DNA of 63,064 bases, filler included, from Sphacelaria rigidula (taxonomy: Eukaryota): the NCBI GenBank assembly GCA_964200075.2. It is 11 parts of 11 records of this genome, joined end to end, with 100 filler letters (N's around TTAATTAATTAA, not from the genome) between each part and the next. Parts side by side here need not be neighbours in the genome. Positions count along the whole stretch, not along the records: positions 1 to 5,643 come from CAXNAA020025624.1; positions 5,744 to 11,386 come from CAXNAA020025625.1; positions 11,487 to 17,129 come from CAXNAA020025626.1; 8 more parts are not named here. The stretch is one strand, 5' to 3'. Of the stretch, positions 1 to 11,913 are shown piece after piece. Under the pieces are notes generated by a model. It made no database searches, was not told where the DNA came from, and worked only from the letters and a program-made list of their open reading frames with translations. The translations under genes and the position numbers were made by a program. Positions within the stretch are counted from its first letter, which is position 1, and each line of letters opens with the position of its first letter.

Positions 1-1123
1 CTCACTTAAAGCGAATGATCAAAGCCACTCTCAATCGTATCATCTACTCTCAATCTCACGAAAACACTGTTCAGAGCATCCACTCTGAATCCGATATTAC
101 GCTCTGAATCTCACGAAATGTGTTGTTCGTTGGCGTGACACTTTTATCATCCGAAGACTGTATGTAAAAAAAAGACGAGGACATCGGACGGGCCTCGATC
201 ACCATGTATGTGATACGCAGCCGATCTTTTCAAGTGGTTGATGTCCCTCAAGCTTCCCGCGAAAAACAGCAGGCGCAGGCAGCCACAGGGTTATTGAGGA
301 GAATACTTTAGTATCTTGCAAGTTGCAGGCATTGATGGACTCGATGTATTGACAGCACGATGGGAGTTGTTGCTGATTTGGGTGAAGAGTGGTGTAGTCG
401 ACAAGGAGTGGCAAGTGCAACGAGATAGGTATGTCAGGGAGGGGAAACATGTGATTCGCGGTAGCCTGAAGAATGTCAGCAGCCCGATATCGTATTATTG
501 TATGAAACGTTCAAGCAGTAAAATACGGTACCTGGCCGCTGTTTTTTCACCGAACTGCGGAGAAACAGCTCGTGTTCAGCGTGTCCAGTTTGCCGGAACA
601 ATCGGGATAGATCGGGTGGGCAGGTGAAGGCGGTAAAACCTTTTCGACAATGCTCAGGACACTTTCTACGATAGCCCCCCCCTCAAAAGTGCATGCATGG
701 TTTTGGGAGGCAAAATCTTCACGTGAATCGAAATGGGAAACGCCGAGCACAACGAGCAGCTGGGAATTCCCACTCGTGGGTTCATTCTCGCCAATGTTGC
801 CAGTATGAGATACTTCATCCAACCTGAATCCAAACATCAGGCGCTGTATGGGGATTTTTTTTCGTGACACTTTTGGGCTGGTTTTGGGGGGGGGGCTATC
901 GTAAAAAGTGTCTCAGTTTATACCCTAATCAAGTGAATACTGTATGTCCCCCATCTCACCCCGCTCACTGGCATGCACAGCAACCTTCCGCCAGTCTTGC
1001 TTTACCTTTTCACATATGCTCTGTCGCGGTGGGTTGGCTAATGACCCACCACTAAAAACGTTTTCGTGAGATTAAGAGTAGAGCGCTGATTGAGAGTGGT
1101 TTTGATCACTCGCTTGAAGTTGA
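1..1123. repeat. Diverged ~65-bp inverted repeat pair (1-65 vs ~1059-1123), with a further partial direct copy at ~1300-1355; probable TE remnant
   Basis: ccactctcaatc...tctactctcaatctcacgaaaac versus gttttcgtgagattaagagtaga...gattgagagtgg. Confidence 0.55.
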
Positions 1124-1536
1124 CCAATGTTTCATTCCGTGTGGGCTTTTCTTTGCCTCTCACTTGCGTGAGCTCACAGCTACACATCGATATTCTACTC
1201 GGGGATATTATAGGGGCCTCAGTGGCAAGCTACTATAGAAAGCATATTAGGCCTCGTGGAGGGACATTTTGGAAGTGAAACGATTCGTTCACTGATTGAC
1301 CGCTTTTCACTCTCAATCTTATCCTCTACTCTCAATTTCACGAACGCACTGTTCACTCCAGGATACTATCGCGTACCCCGCATCAACAACTACTACAAAC
1401 GGATCCAACTACGTTTTGCACACGTTGATCCTTCACGGACTTGCTTTCGATCGTGACTGACCCGCGGTACTTGTGCCTGTTCGAGAACCAGTTGCATATG
1501 CTTCCCTGATGTGCTGTGTTCGCAACCATCAATTAT

Positions 1537-1639
1537 TTGAGGTATCTCAAACTCAAGGTTCCCCATGTAAAACAGTGGTTTCACAATTATATATATATAC
1601 ATATAGTGAACCCCGATGTTAAAGTTTGAGAGACCTCAA
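1537..1639. repeat. Small inverted-repeat (MITE-like) element; terminal motif recurs at ~2328 and ~2882
   Basis: ttgaggtatctcaaact ... agtttgagagacctcaa (17 bp, 1 mismatch). Confidence 0.5.
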
Positions 1640-2737
1640 CTATCGCAAACTTGAAACAAAAAGCTCTGCGTCACTGGTTCAGTGAAGAGCAGCCGCAAAT
1701 GCTCCCACTGCTGTAGCTCTGCAGCTTTCGTGCATCAAGACTGCGCCTTGGCTGTGGGGACGCCCGCTGTGAGTATTACATGCAAACGGTCATAGAATCA
1801 ACCGTCCATTTCTAGAAACCTCGCCGACTCAACCATTACATTGAAGGAGAGACGATCAATCAACCCTCCCGCCGCCAGGGTGGGTCGTCTGCTGAATCGA
1901 AATACCCTGAGTCGAAATGTGACTCTGGACGCAAAAAACTCGCCCTGACGAGTGATGGGCTGCTGCAGAAACCCAAAACGTCTCGAAACATGAATTTGAC
2001 CGACAACCTTAAGAAAACGTCTGGCAGCTGCGTTGCGCAAAAGACGGACACCTGGGGGCGGTCTGTGTCGTTCATGATGGTATCCCAGAAACAAAAACAG
2101 AGAATGCTTTTTGCGGCGATAATGTACATTTATTCACTGTAAACATTCATACCGTGTTCAGGTGATATGTGCGCAACGCTGCTTGGGCAACCGCTGCAAA
2201 ATGACGGGGAATAATATAAGCCCTGAATGTAGGTCAACACGTGTTTGTTGCATCCTGAAAGTATGCATCGTACACGCCGCTAGCTCTCAGTTCGGCCTAC
2301 ATGCTGCGATGTAATGGAAGGCATCAGAGGTATCTCAAACTCGGATTTCCCGTGTATTCAGCAGTAATTGCCGCCAAAAATCCAGGCGAAATATGGATGA
2401 AAATCCCTTCAAGTCCCGAGCTGGTGAACATTCAGAAGAACAATATAATTATGCGTTTCTCCGCAGTTCGGCTGAATGGCATCAGCCTGTGTGTATATTT
2501 TCATTGAAGCTCGGTTCAACAGCACAACAGTTGCCGGCTCGGTGTTTCTTTGTTTCATTGGCTCGAAACATCCCATTTCACCGCGGATTCTGACTCCTAG
2601 CATCTTCCAGGCTCATGCGGGCTTCTTGCCCTCACGCCCCCCTCCTGTCAGTACCACCACAACACCACCAGAACCCCGCCACAACACCGTTCTTCATACA
2701 CACCACCAGAAATCACTGCTTTTCATCGAGTACAACA

Positions 2738-2840
2738 ATGCGGGCAGTAATCAAGTTGTTTGCTCTCCTCACGGTGGTGGCTGCACCGACGGCCTTCGCA
2801 GGGGGCCTCAGGGACGTCGATCACTACGAGAAATCGGGCT
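2738..2840 (+). CDS. Probable first exon of a secreted protein (MRAVIKLFALLTVVAAPTAFAGGLRDVDHYEKSG)
   Basis: caacaATG start context, signal-peptide-like sequence ending A-F-A, GTGAGT donor at 2841; downstream exons not identified. Confidence 0.6.
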
Positions 2841-4679
2841 GTGAGTTATGGCTGTTTCTGGGATTTCCCCCTTTTGCACGAAGTATCTCAAACTCGAGGT
2901 TCCCGATACATTCCACAGTAATTCACAGTCCCATGTACGGGGAAGCTCCACACTGAGATTCCTCTCTGGTAATGTGCATCCATTTCGAAATTTGGAATGG
3001 AGCTGCGATGGCTGCCAGTAGTAGTGGCCCGCAGTAAATTCTACATGTTTGCAAGTTTGTAGTTCGCTGTTCCACGTTTCCCTCTCGGCAGTTCAGTCAT
3101 TTTGCGGCGAGTCACTCGGAAGTCCTCGCGTCAGGGGAATTGCTGCAAGGAAATGCAGGTCGCAAGACGTTCACACGTTATACATGAGTTAGTTACTCAT
3201 ATTATATGAACATCTTCGGAGTCGAAGGGTCGACGCTTGGCCTAAATAAATGCAGCACTCGGATCTTGATGTATATGAAAACGTTTTACGACCGGGTGAA
3301 CACTTTTCCCCCCGAAAAATGTACGGTAAAAAAGTGGGCATGCTCAGATCGCAAGGTGGGGAGTTGTGCCATTAGGGCTGCACATACACACGGGTCACCC
3401 ACTCAGCGCTCTCCCGTGACCCATCTTTCGGCGCCTTTCCAGCGTGAGGACAGTACGGGCACTCGTAATTCAAGCACCGCAGTACCTGTTTTCTACTTGT
3501 CAAAAGAAAACATGCCTTGTACGATAAGAACGAAACCCACAGTAATCGGTGCAATACGCATCAGGTGGTTGTAGCAGGCAGTACGCGGCATATTGCCTGC
3601 TATCGAAGTAGGCCATCAAGCGCTCATTCGAAACGCCACATACAGCGCCCGCCTGCTGTATGCTGTGCAATTTTGTGTCACAACGTCAATTTCCCTGTAA
3701 CACGCTCTGCTCGATAGCTCCACAGGTCAGCGTACTTGATTTACGGCATGTAAATCGTCGATCGTTAACAAACTCCCACCACCTTCTGCGTAGTTCTGGC
3801 ACGCGGGCTCCCGTATGTCTGAAACAGTTCGGCGTAAGCCTCGAAAAAGACCTGTGGGTCAATTTTGAGTTGCACTGGCTACGAATACGCGTTTTTCCAT
3901 AGTCGGATTAGTGAGAGTCCAGCTTGCTGCTGCATGAGTCGCTGATCGCCAGGTGCATACCTTCTGTATATGTCCTCTCCCTCTCTGGGCGCGTTCGAGA
4001 GATCATGATGAGCTTATTCGATATTTTGTGGTGGATCATGAGCGCGAAATGGATATTCCATGTTGAAAGTATGTATCATTGCAGCCATCTAAGTGTGGTT
4101 GGGGCACTACTCTTCTTGGGGAAAAGCCCCGGCCCGATCGGGGTTGACATGGTAATGGGGATGCACAAAGACCGACGTTGGCGGTGCGAAGACTTCACAA
4201 TCCTGTTCAACCGACGACAGTGGTTACTATTTAGTGACTCTCGTGTTCAGACAAACCTGGCAGAAAGCGGGTTCACGTATGTGTGCAGCCCGGCATAAGG
4301 CCGGTGTATGTGTATGAGCCTCTAAATAGAGCGGGTGTCGGAGAAATCACGACCATTGCTTCATCTACAGTGATGCCACCCGCCTGACAATACAGTATCA
4401 TATATATGTTAGAGTGATGCTACGGTAGGGGTACAGAAATAATTTCTGAGGTTAGAATTGTTAGGAGCCTCTGAACCAGACAAAATTTCGCGAAAAAAGT
4501 GCACCCCTACCGTAGCATTGCTCGTTAGCTGGAAATTGTGATGCGCCACACTGCTTACGGAAGAAATGTCATCAGAACCCCGGAACTTTCTGGGCAAGTG
4601 ACGGGGGTAATGCCTTGTTCGTACATTATTAGGCAAGTTGCGATGCTGCTGTTACATGCGTCTCTCAGCGCGTCATTCA

Positions 4680-4891
4680 TGTAATGCGTGAGAGGACCAC
4701 GTGCTTAGAGGATCGCGCCGTAGACCAAAACACATCAGGGTCGACGTTTTTCGGAACCAATCGGGTAAAGTCCCTGGAGGTACCACGCCCCTGACCATCA
4801 CCTTACCACTAACCCTAACCCTAACCCTGAGCATAGGGATGTTCAAATTCCGATGCGGTCCTCTAAGCACGCGGTCCTCTCACGCATTACA
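4680..4891. mobile_element. TGT..ACA MITE with ~37-bp TIRs and internal (CCCTAA)n, copy 1
   Basis: tgtaatgcgtgagaggaccacgtgcttagagga ... tcctctaagcacgcggtcctctcacgcattaca; homologous to 28099-28309; no TSD visible here. Confidence 0.85.
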
Positions 4892-5643
4892 ACCCAGGTA
4901 CAACACAACTTCGAGACGGGTGCAACTTGATTCATACGCGTTGTCATGCTGCTCACGACCTACTACACACAGCTCTCTAGGTTCGCCACGAGTGTACTGC
5001 ACAGCATCATGGGCGGCGGCAGTGATACAGTACGTCACGCTGTGTGCATGAAACGCGAGGCGCGTTGCAACTTCGATGAAAATGATATCGGTACTACGTA
5101 CTACGCAACAAGTTTTCCCAACAAACTAGAACGATCAACCCTTTCCCGACGGGAAAAAGCCATCTTCTGTGGGCATCAATCTTACTCGAAATGAGTATGC
5201 ATGGTACAGATGGACTACCGCCGCGGTCAACCCGCTCGCGGGGGGATAAGAAGTGGTGTTTGGTTTCTTCCTTCCGTAAAGGCAAAAAAAAAAAAAACTG
5301 CCTTGCCGATGACGTTCCGCCGTATTGGGCACCACCAATGTCGTCGCAGGGGGGGGGGGGAGAAAACGGGGGGGGTACGTAACTCTATAACAGGCTGGCG
5401 ATCGCTTTCCTTGGGGAGCAAGGGAGTGGTTCCAATTGGTTTCTCCAAAAACAACATAGTGGTGCAAATTGTATACGAGCTGGGCCAACCTAAAAACGAT
5501 TTTAAGCTCTAAAAGCAATAGCTCATCGACACAGACGAATTGGGCCGTGATCCGCACATCGTATTAATCGTCTAATCAAGGGGAAGGTGCCCACCTGCTC
5601 AAAGGTTTGGGCCCATATTCTCTCGTTGATTAAACCCCATGTC

Positions 5644-5743
5644 NNNNNNNNNNNNNNNNNNNNNNNNNNNNNNNNNNNNNNNNNNNNTTAATTAATTAAN
5701 NNNNNNNNNNNNNNNNNNNNNNNNNNNNNNNNNNNNNNNNNNN
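5644..5743. other. Artificial contig linker (44N-TTAATTAATTAA-44N); same at 11387-11486, 17130-17229, 22873-22972, 28615-28714, 34357-34456, 40099-40198, 45841-45940, 51583-51682, 57324-57423
   Basis: Identical 100-nt spacers with an all-frame stop core; intervening segments are 5643 (x4), 5642 (x5) and 5641 (x2) bp, in descending order. Confidence 0.98.
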
Positions 5744-6023
5744 ATTCGTCACGAGTCGACTCATCATACCAAAACCAAGTAATTTCCAGACAAATCATTA
5801 GTTGTCCGACCCTTAAAAGTTTGCACTACCAAATCGTCTGGAGCGCAGTTGAGAGTATTCAATTTTTTCATATTGTGAGGCATACCCATCCGTACATCTC
5901 CCGCCCACGCTTTCCCCCCCCCCGTCCCCCGCCTGTCTCTCCTTCCCGCTCCCCTCTGCCCCCCACTTCCTCCCCATAACTCTTTTTTCCGCCCACTTCT
6001 TATCCCGTTCACCACCATTTGAA

Positions 6024-6362
6024 CTATTCCTTCCTTCTCACCTTCCGCACGGCCAAGCGCCACGCGTCGCGAACATGAGGTTCGCTTGCAACCGGAGCGC
6101 TGAGCCTCCTCCTACGATCACGCCTCCGACCACCAACTGCGGCGCCGGTATGGCCGCCGCGCATGTGACGTGCCCCCCCCATCACCGCCAAGGCCCTCTC
6201 AATATCCTGTAACAGCGCAAGCGCGCGTATCACGGCCTCTACTCCATGACCCCGACACGTTGTCGCTACCATCGGGTCTGAGAACAGATGAATGAGGGCT
6301 TCGCATCCCCACCGCTGCACGTCAGCATCCTTGGGGCATGAAGAAAGCGCGGCGAGTACAGC
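6024..6362 (-). CDS. SAM-TIR-ARM gene exon 6: armadillo-like repeat (AVLAALSSCPKDADVQRWGCEALIHLFSD...GVEAVIRAL)
   Basis: AG acceptor, phase 0; ARM-like VQ.WGC.AL pattern; ends at TAG 6024-6026, or at an alternative GTGAGA donor at 6041. Confidence 0.75.
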   Translation of the reverse strand, partial: AVLAALSSCPKDADVQRWGCEALIHLFSDPMVATTCRGHGVEAVIRALALLQDIERALAVMGGARHMRGGHTGAAVGGRRRDRRRRLSAPVASEPHVRDAWRLAVRKVRRKE

Positions 6363-6653
6363 CTTCACCAGCGCCGAGGGCAAAACGACAAGGAACAAGA
6401 GCGAAGCTATCTTCGCTGAAAGACTTCATTTGAGGGTTTCATTCTACTCCAGGCTGTAAGGAGTGATTGGAAGGGTGGAACAGCCTGATGACATTGGAGT
6501 TACTCCTCATCAAACGGTAAAAGGCTTGGTGATTGCGTTTCCCACCCTTCGTGGGGACTCTAGCCGCTGTGACACCCGACCATTTATAGGGGGCGAACGT
6601 CGTAGCCGGGTTGAGTGCCGTTTTTCGAACAAAGTGCATCACAGGCGACATAC

Positions 6654-6787
6654 CTTTGTCCCGCCTTGCCGCCGTACTGCGCCTAGCCCTTCACTGTCCC
6701 TGCCGGCGAGATCGGCGAGGCCCTTGCAACCCTCCCACTGATGGTCTCCGGAGAGAGGATTGAAGGTCATCCGCTTCACCAATAATG
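6654..6787 (-). CDS. SAM-TIR-ARM gene exon 5: armadillo-like repeat (LLVKRMTFNPLSGDHQWEGCKGLADLAG...AVRRQGGTK)
   Basis: CAG acceptor in phase 1 matches the preceding donor; GTATGT donor in phase 0; ARM-like M...p....Q..GC..L...GG pattern. Confidence 0.75.
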
Positions 6788-7046
6788 CTGATTTGTGGCA
6801 ACACGATGCACAAAACTTATGACTTGGCCTAAGGTGAATCATGCAACCCTTTGTGAAAAAACAAAATTTTCTCACGAGGTAAAACCTGCAATGCTCATCT
6901 GAAAAGCCGCGCAATAGCTCATTGCTCAACGAATTCTTCCGTCAGTGAATACCCAGCTCCTCTCCCCGCGGTTACCTTCAATGGTCAAACGACTAAGGCG
7001 AGCAACAAATGAGTACGCCTCCCCCCCCCCTCCCCCGCGCGGTTAC

Positions 7047-7977
7047 CTGCAAGCTCGTCGGTCTCTGCTTGCTCCTGTTTTATCAGCTCCAATAGTTCTT
7101 CATCTTTTCGCCACGGTACGGCCTCGCTGCCTCGCATACGACCCACTTGCTCTGCTGTTTGCGGCAGCCGCTCCCAGTTCCACGCCGCCCGCCCTTTCGA
7201 TCTCACTAACGTCGTTCCATCTTCCGTCGTCTCCCGTGAGACGCCTATCAAGCTCTCGAAGAGTGCCTGGTGACCAGTGGCCACCATGGGATCAAATAAC
7301 AGAGGTGGCGGAGCCAGCAAAGCGTTAATGTTCTCATCCTTTGTCGCTACCCCTGGATTCATCTCCGATCGTGACGCCCCCCGTTCTCCAGCGGGACGTG
7401 CTTTCAGCTCTTCGTTGGCTTCTGTATCGTCCAAGGTAGGGTCCCCCCCCGCTGGGTTTGTGTTTCCCACCCCACCTCTATTCTTGTCGTTCAAAACTTG
7501 CCCCTCCGCATCAGCGCTGAAGCCTCCAGCGTCGTCGAAACAGAAGCGAGTCGCTGCGATGACATCTCGCACCGAGAAGCGATTTCGATGCAGCTCTTGT
7601 TGAGTTGCTTTTGGCAGGGAGCGGGTCAGCTGCGTGTAAAAGGCGTCCACCTCGCGACGGCGTGACGCCGCAGATTTCCCCTCCCCCTTGGACCTGCCCT
7701 TACTGCTGGCAGGCAGCCGATCTTGGTCTATTTGGTCCGCCGAACTAATACAACCATTTGTTCTCTCTGCTGGATTGAGGCAAGCGTTTGCATGTTTGCT
7801 TTGATGCTGCGCCTTCGAGACCCAGATGGGCAGTTCGAGCGGCATGCCTGTCCCCGAGAGACGGATGGGTATGACTGGCACACCTTGACGAACCGCGGTG
7901 CACACTTCCATGAGACAGAACGGATCCTTGAGGCTGCCGGCCGACAGCAGCCATATAACGTTCAGAGATTTCCCCAC
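7047..7977 (-). CDS. SAM-TIR-ARM gene exon 4: TIR betaC-alphaC-betaD (VGKSLNVIWLLSAGSLKDPFCLMEVCTAVRQGVPVIPIRL) plus low-complexity linker
   Basis: tttttcag acceptor, GTAACC donor in phase 1; TIR_2-like motif with CxxE glutamate; lies in the 330-aa ORF. Confidence 0.8.
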
Positions 7978-8162
7978 CTGAAAAACGTCGGATGACGTCG
8001 ATGGATGCTGATCAGTTTCATGACTCGTGCGACGTCCTTATGGGAGACCCAGTCGGGAAAAAAAAGTACAGACTTCGAGGCATTCGTGGTTGGTACACAG
8101 CAACGGCCCACGCACTAAAAAGGCGACCACAGCATAAAACAAACATCAACCGGGTAGCCGAC

Positions 8163-8357
8163 TGCGGTGCGTGTCATCTTGCTGTTGTTGGCGTCATATA
8201 TCACCTCTTCTAGGAATGGACCATTGTTGAAGCCCTGAGTGCCGCCTCCGCGCAAGGCGACGTTGACCGTCGTGTTCTTCGGGGGGCTCCAAGTTGAAGA
8301 GATCGCGCGCCGGAGTTCTTTGGCAAACTTCAACGCTCCACGGAACACGCCTGCTTC
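8163..8357 (-). CDS. SAM-TIR-ARM gene exon 3: TIR N-terminal part (EAGVFRGALKFAKELRRAI...EEVIYDANNSKMTRTA)
   Basis: CAG acceptor and GTCGGC donor, both phase 0; the junction reads RTA|VGKS, matching the TIR alphaB A-V-x-x-S pattern. Confidence 0.7.
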
Positions 8358-8488
8358 CTGGTGCAGAATCAAAGCAAAGATTCGGGGGGACGAAACACAA
8401 GGTTGCAGATCTTCTGAGTGCACAGCTCCGGTAGCAGAGATTGACGGGTGCGCGGAAACGTTTCGGCTTTTGTCAGGGTTTCACGCGC

Positions 8489-8731
8489 CGGACACCTCAT
8501 GAGCTACCTGGAAATTACTTCTTGGTACTGTACTGGTCCGGATCACGAGCTAGGTCATGTGGTCACTTTTTTCCATACTTGTTCCCTACAGCGCTTGACA
8601 CCGAGCACGCGGAGCAGCGTAAAGGTGGCGCTTGACTTCTCGGACCCCGCTGTCACGCAATTCGTGTTTTTGGATAAGGGATCTGAGGGTTTCTTTCGAA
8701 TAGTTATTTCCGGTAGCTCATAAGCTGTCCG
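8489..8731. mobile_element. ~245-bp MITE with TIRs in an intron of the SAM-TIR-ARM gene; second copy, inverted, at 11660-11913
   Basis: cggacacctcatgagctacctggaaat ... atttccggtagctcataagctgtccg; internal similarity between the two copies. Confidence 0.75.
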
Positions 8732-8946
8732 ATGCGTGCAGGGCCCGTCAGGCCACTGGAGATCTATACTGGCGGCCGATAGATAGTCTGAAGCTCCATC
8801 ACAAAAACCGAAATTCCCCCACAAAGAACACTTGTGACCTAGAAGATCAAACTGCTTCGGATACACCCTCGTTTTTCTAGTTTGGCAGCAACAGTAATAA
8901 TGAGAACAGATATTTTAGGGTGCGAATGTTCGGTCAGGTACATTGC

Positions 8947-9181
8947 CTTGGTGAAGGTGACGTATGCGGCATTGTTCGACCTCAGAATCTTCATCACGGC
9001 AAACGTAAAGGGGGACCCGCTTTCCTCGATCGCGGCCATAGCCACCTCCGTGCTGTGCCTGTACTCCGAAAACAAACACGAAGAATCGAACATGACATCG
9101 TTTTCGGGGTAATGCAGGCGTAGATGAACGAACAGCACCATTTGTGAGAGCAGCGAAGGTTCTTCATTACCTTTATATAGC
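8947..9181 (-). CDS. SAM-TIR-ARM gene exon 2 (LYKGNEEPSLL...YPENDVMFDSS...AMAAIEESG...AAYVTFTK)
   Basis: AG acceptor in phase 2; the phase-0 join to exon 3 needs a GC donor (AAG|GCAATG); the final residues give a TIR betaA-like YVTF. Confidence 0.6.
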
Positions 9182-10026
9182 CTTCGGGCACATGAGAGTA
9201 GTACGGGGGAAAAGCTGTATATAGTTCGCGCACGAGGCACGACAGGCCGCCAGGACTCTGGGAAATGGACATTTCGAGAAGTGGCCAAGGTGATGTACAA
9301 CCAAGCCAGGAGAGGGCGAAAGTCTCGGCGAGCAGCTCATAGGCATACGCAAAGCGAATTATGAACCCAGACAGGCAATGATGTATCAAGTTCAGCTCCA
9401 GAGATATATCGCGGCACTAGGCCCCGCCCCTGACGTCCTTTGTGTGTTTTCGTGCGTTTTACTTTTTTTCTCGTCTTTACTTTTCTACAGGCGTATATGC
9501 AGGCGCATATGTTCTGATATTCTCGGCGCACGCGGGAGCGGGGCCTAGCCGCCGCCCCAGGCACGCCTGACACTAACTGAGCTAAACTGTACAAAGCTCG
9601 AAACACTTTGGTCGCGGACCGATTGTACTGAGAGTGACTCGTGATAGTGAGCGCCGATTTTTCGGGATCATAATTATTGTGTTTGCCAAAGTCAGAACGC
9701 CTGCTCGCTGAGAAACAGCGACGGTCAGCCACGTAGTTATGTACCAATTAGAGCCAGGACTATGGTCCTGTACAAAGCGTCTGAGTGCGATTGTCTCGCG
9801 GCCAGGCCGTATTGTACAGCCTCCCTGGCGATCAGTAGGCTACTCTGTCCAACCACGAAGAGAAACCCCCTTTTGCGCGGTCGGCACCACCTACCCCATT
9901 GCCGGTGGCGAAGATTGCTGCGTTGAACAAAATGTGGCAAAGGATGCAATGCCCCCCTAACCCACTGCGATCGCGGTGAAAGACCATAATAACGGGCGAG
10001 AGAGCGGGGTAGTCAAGGGAAACTAC

Positions 10027-10247
10027 TTTTCCGAGGCGGTGCTTCGCGATCGGAGCGCTGATATCTGCCTGAGATCGTGTAGGGCTTTGACGACAATCTC
10101 CTGCTGGGGCTTGAACGTGATGGCAAGGTCCGACATGAGAATCCGGAGAGCCGAGTCGTCCATGGAGCACACGATCCCGCCTCCCACCGCGCCATCAACG
10201 ACGCTTTGGCGGTGCTTCTCGAATGTTTCCCCGAAAGTGCAGACCAT
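10027..10247 (-). CDS. SAM-TIR-ARM gene exon 1 (probably 5'-incomplete): SAM-like domain
   Basis: FGETFEKHRQSVVDGAVGGGIVCSMDDSALRILMSDLAITFKPQQEIVVKALHDLR fits the SAM helix pattern; CAG acceptor; GTAGTT donor in phase 2 matches exon 2. Confidence 0.65.
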
Positions 10248-11659
10248 CTGATCATGCAGTTTCGGTTTTTGCAACAGGAAGTCGAGTCATCTCTTAGTCT
10301 TGCACATGCGTCGGTGGTTCTGTCACGATTATGAGCACAGCGCGCGACTTTCGGCAGGGGTGAGGGCTCAGTACCGCCGACAACGTTTGTCGTAACTGTG
10401 GGAAGCCGTCACGACCGTAAATCGAGCGCGTGATTAAAGTTATAAAGTATCATACAAGGGTTTTTGCCGTAGGATTTTTGCCAGGGAAAGTACTGACGCG
10501 CTTACTTTACTGCAACTGTACTGCACTGCCTGCGCCGAAAGGTACGACATATTTGCAAGTATTACCGAAGGGTGTGGTAAAAAACTGGTACAGTCCATTA
10601 TTAGTCTCACGCCGCATCGCCTTTGGCCTACACTGTGTACTGTTGCACAGGCTGGCTGGATCATAGCTTTGACCCAAAAATAAGTCGTCAGTGAATGCCC
10701 TTCGCAATACCTACCCAATAATCACATACATGTTATCATGCTGACCGCCATGGACAACTGAGGGGGCTGAGACAACTAAAGTTTTGTTCAAAACCAAAGC
10801 AATGGCGCTGAGGGCGAACATACGCCTCGACCACATAGCGCCCATGAAACGGTTCTGAAATAAAAGTACGGACGCCCAACACAATCCACACGCAATCTTC
10901 GCATGATTCAGGTAGCTATAATCGTAGAACAGAGACCAATCCCAAAATAGATCTACTGTCTAGAGTGCTGTTCAAAGAGATCCTCTGCAGAGCCTACGCA
11001 CAGGAGATTGAACAACGTCAGATAGGAAGATCCGAAAAAGACAAGAACAAAAAAAGGAAGAGCTGATGACAACGAGGAGGGAAAGCCAGGAACTAATCTC
11101 CCTGGGGTTCTGGTCAAGTAGCATCGTTATGGAAACACAACAGACAGGGCGTGTCTAGCGTACATACGGCGTAGTGCTATCAGCAATAAACAGAATCTGT
11201 TCAGAGTGTCCTATATTAAACCATGAAAACATGGGATACCATCTGTACGCCATGGAAATAAAAGTACAATGCACGTGTCCCGGGGGGGGGGGGGGGGGGG
11301 CCAAGGAGCACTTGGACAAAGTTTCGTTGCGTAACTCGAAAAAGGGAGGAAGGGGGGGGGTTTTGGCGCTAAAAATGCCCAAGAAANNNNNNNNNNNNNN
11401 NNNNNNNNNNNNNNNNNNNNNNNNNNNNNNTTAATTAATTAANNNNNNNNNNNNNNNNNNNNNNNNNNNNNNNNNNNNNNNNNNNNCCCCCCCCCCCCCC
11501 GCCCCTCCTGAAGGAGGGGGGGGTCAAATTGTGAAACACAAAAGAACAAAAAAAAAAGGGAGCCCCCCCCCCCCCCCCCCCCCCTCCCCGAAGGTCCTGT
11601 GGAATATCCAATATTTTCTTTTCAATATCTGCTCAGTACATATTTACCCACATGTCGCA

Positions 11660-11913
11660 TAGCTCATGAGCTACTTGAAATACCCAATCGAAGAGGGCTG
11701 TAGTAATAATATCTCTGGTCCAAGAACACAGAATGCGTGACCGCGGGGTCAGAGAAGCCAAAGCAATACCTTTGCGCTACTCTATTATAGGTGCTCGGCG
11801 TCCAGCGCTGTAGTGCGCAAATATGGGGGAAAAAGGGAGCGAAATGAGCTAGCTCATGATCTGGATCAGTACACGAATAAGAGGTGATCTTCAGGTAACT
11901 CATGAGCTGTCCG
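11660..11913. mobile_element. MITE, second copy of the 8489-8731 family
   Basis: agctcatgagctacttgaaat ... atcttcaggtaactcatgagctgtccg. Confidence 0.7.

Noticed and set aside
4808..4830. Telomeric repeats as a chromosome end
   Set aside because: Short tract internal to a MITE
5688..5699. Periodic TTAATTAATTAA motif every ~5.74 kb
   Set aside because: Artificial linker embedded in Ns
10372..10392. 21-nt micro-exon (LRQTLSA) upstream of the SAM exon
   Set aside because: Has AG/GT boundaries and a compatible phase but is too short to support without transcripts
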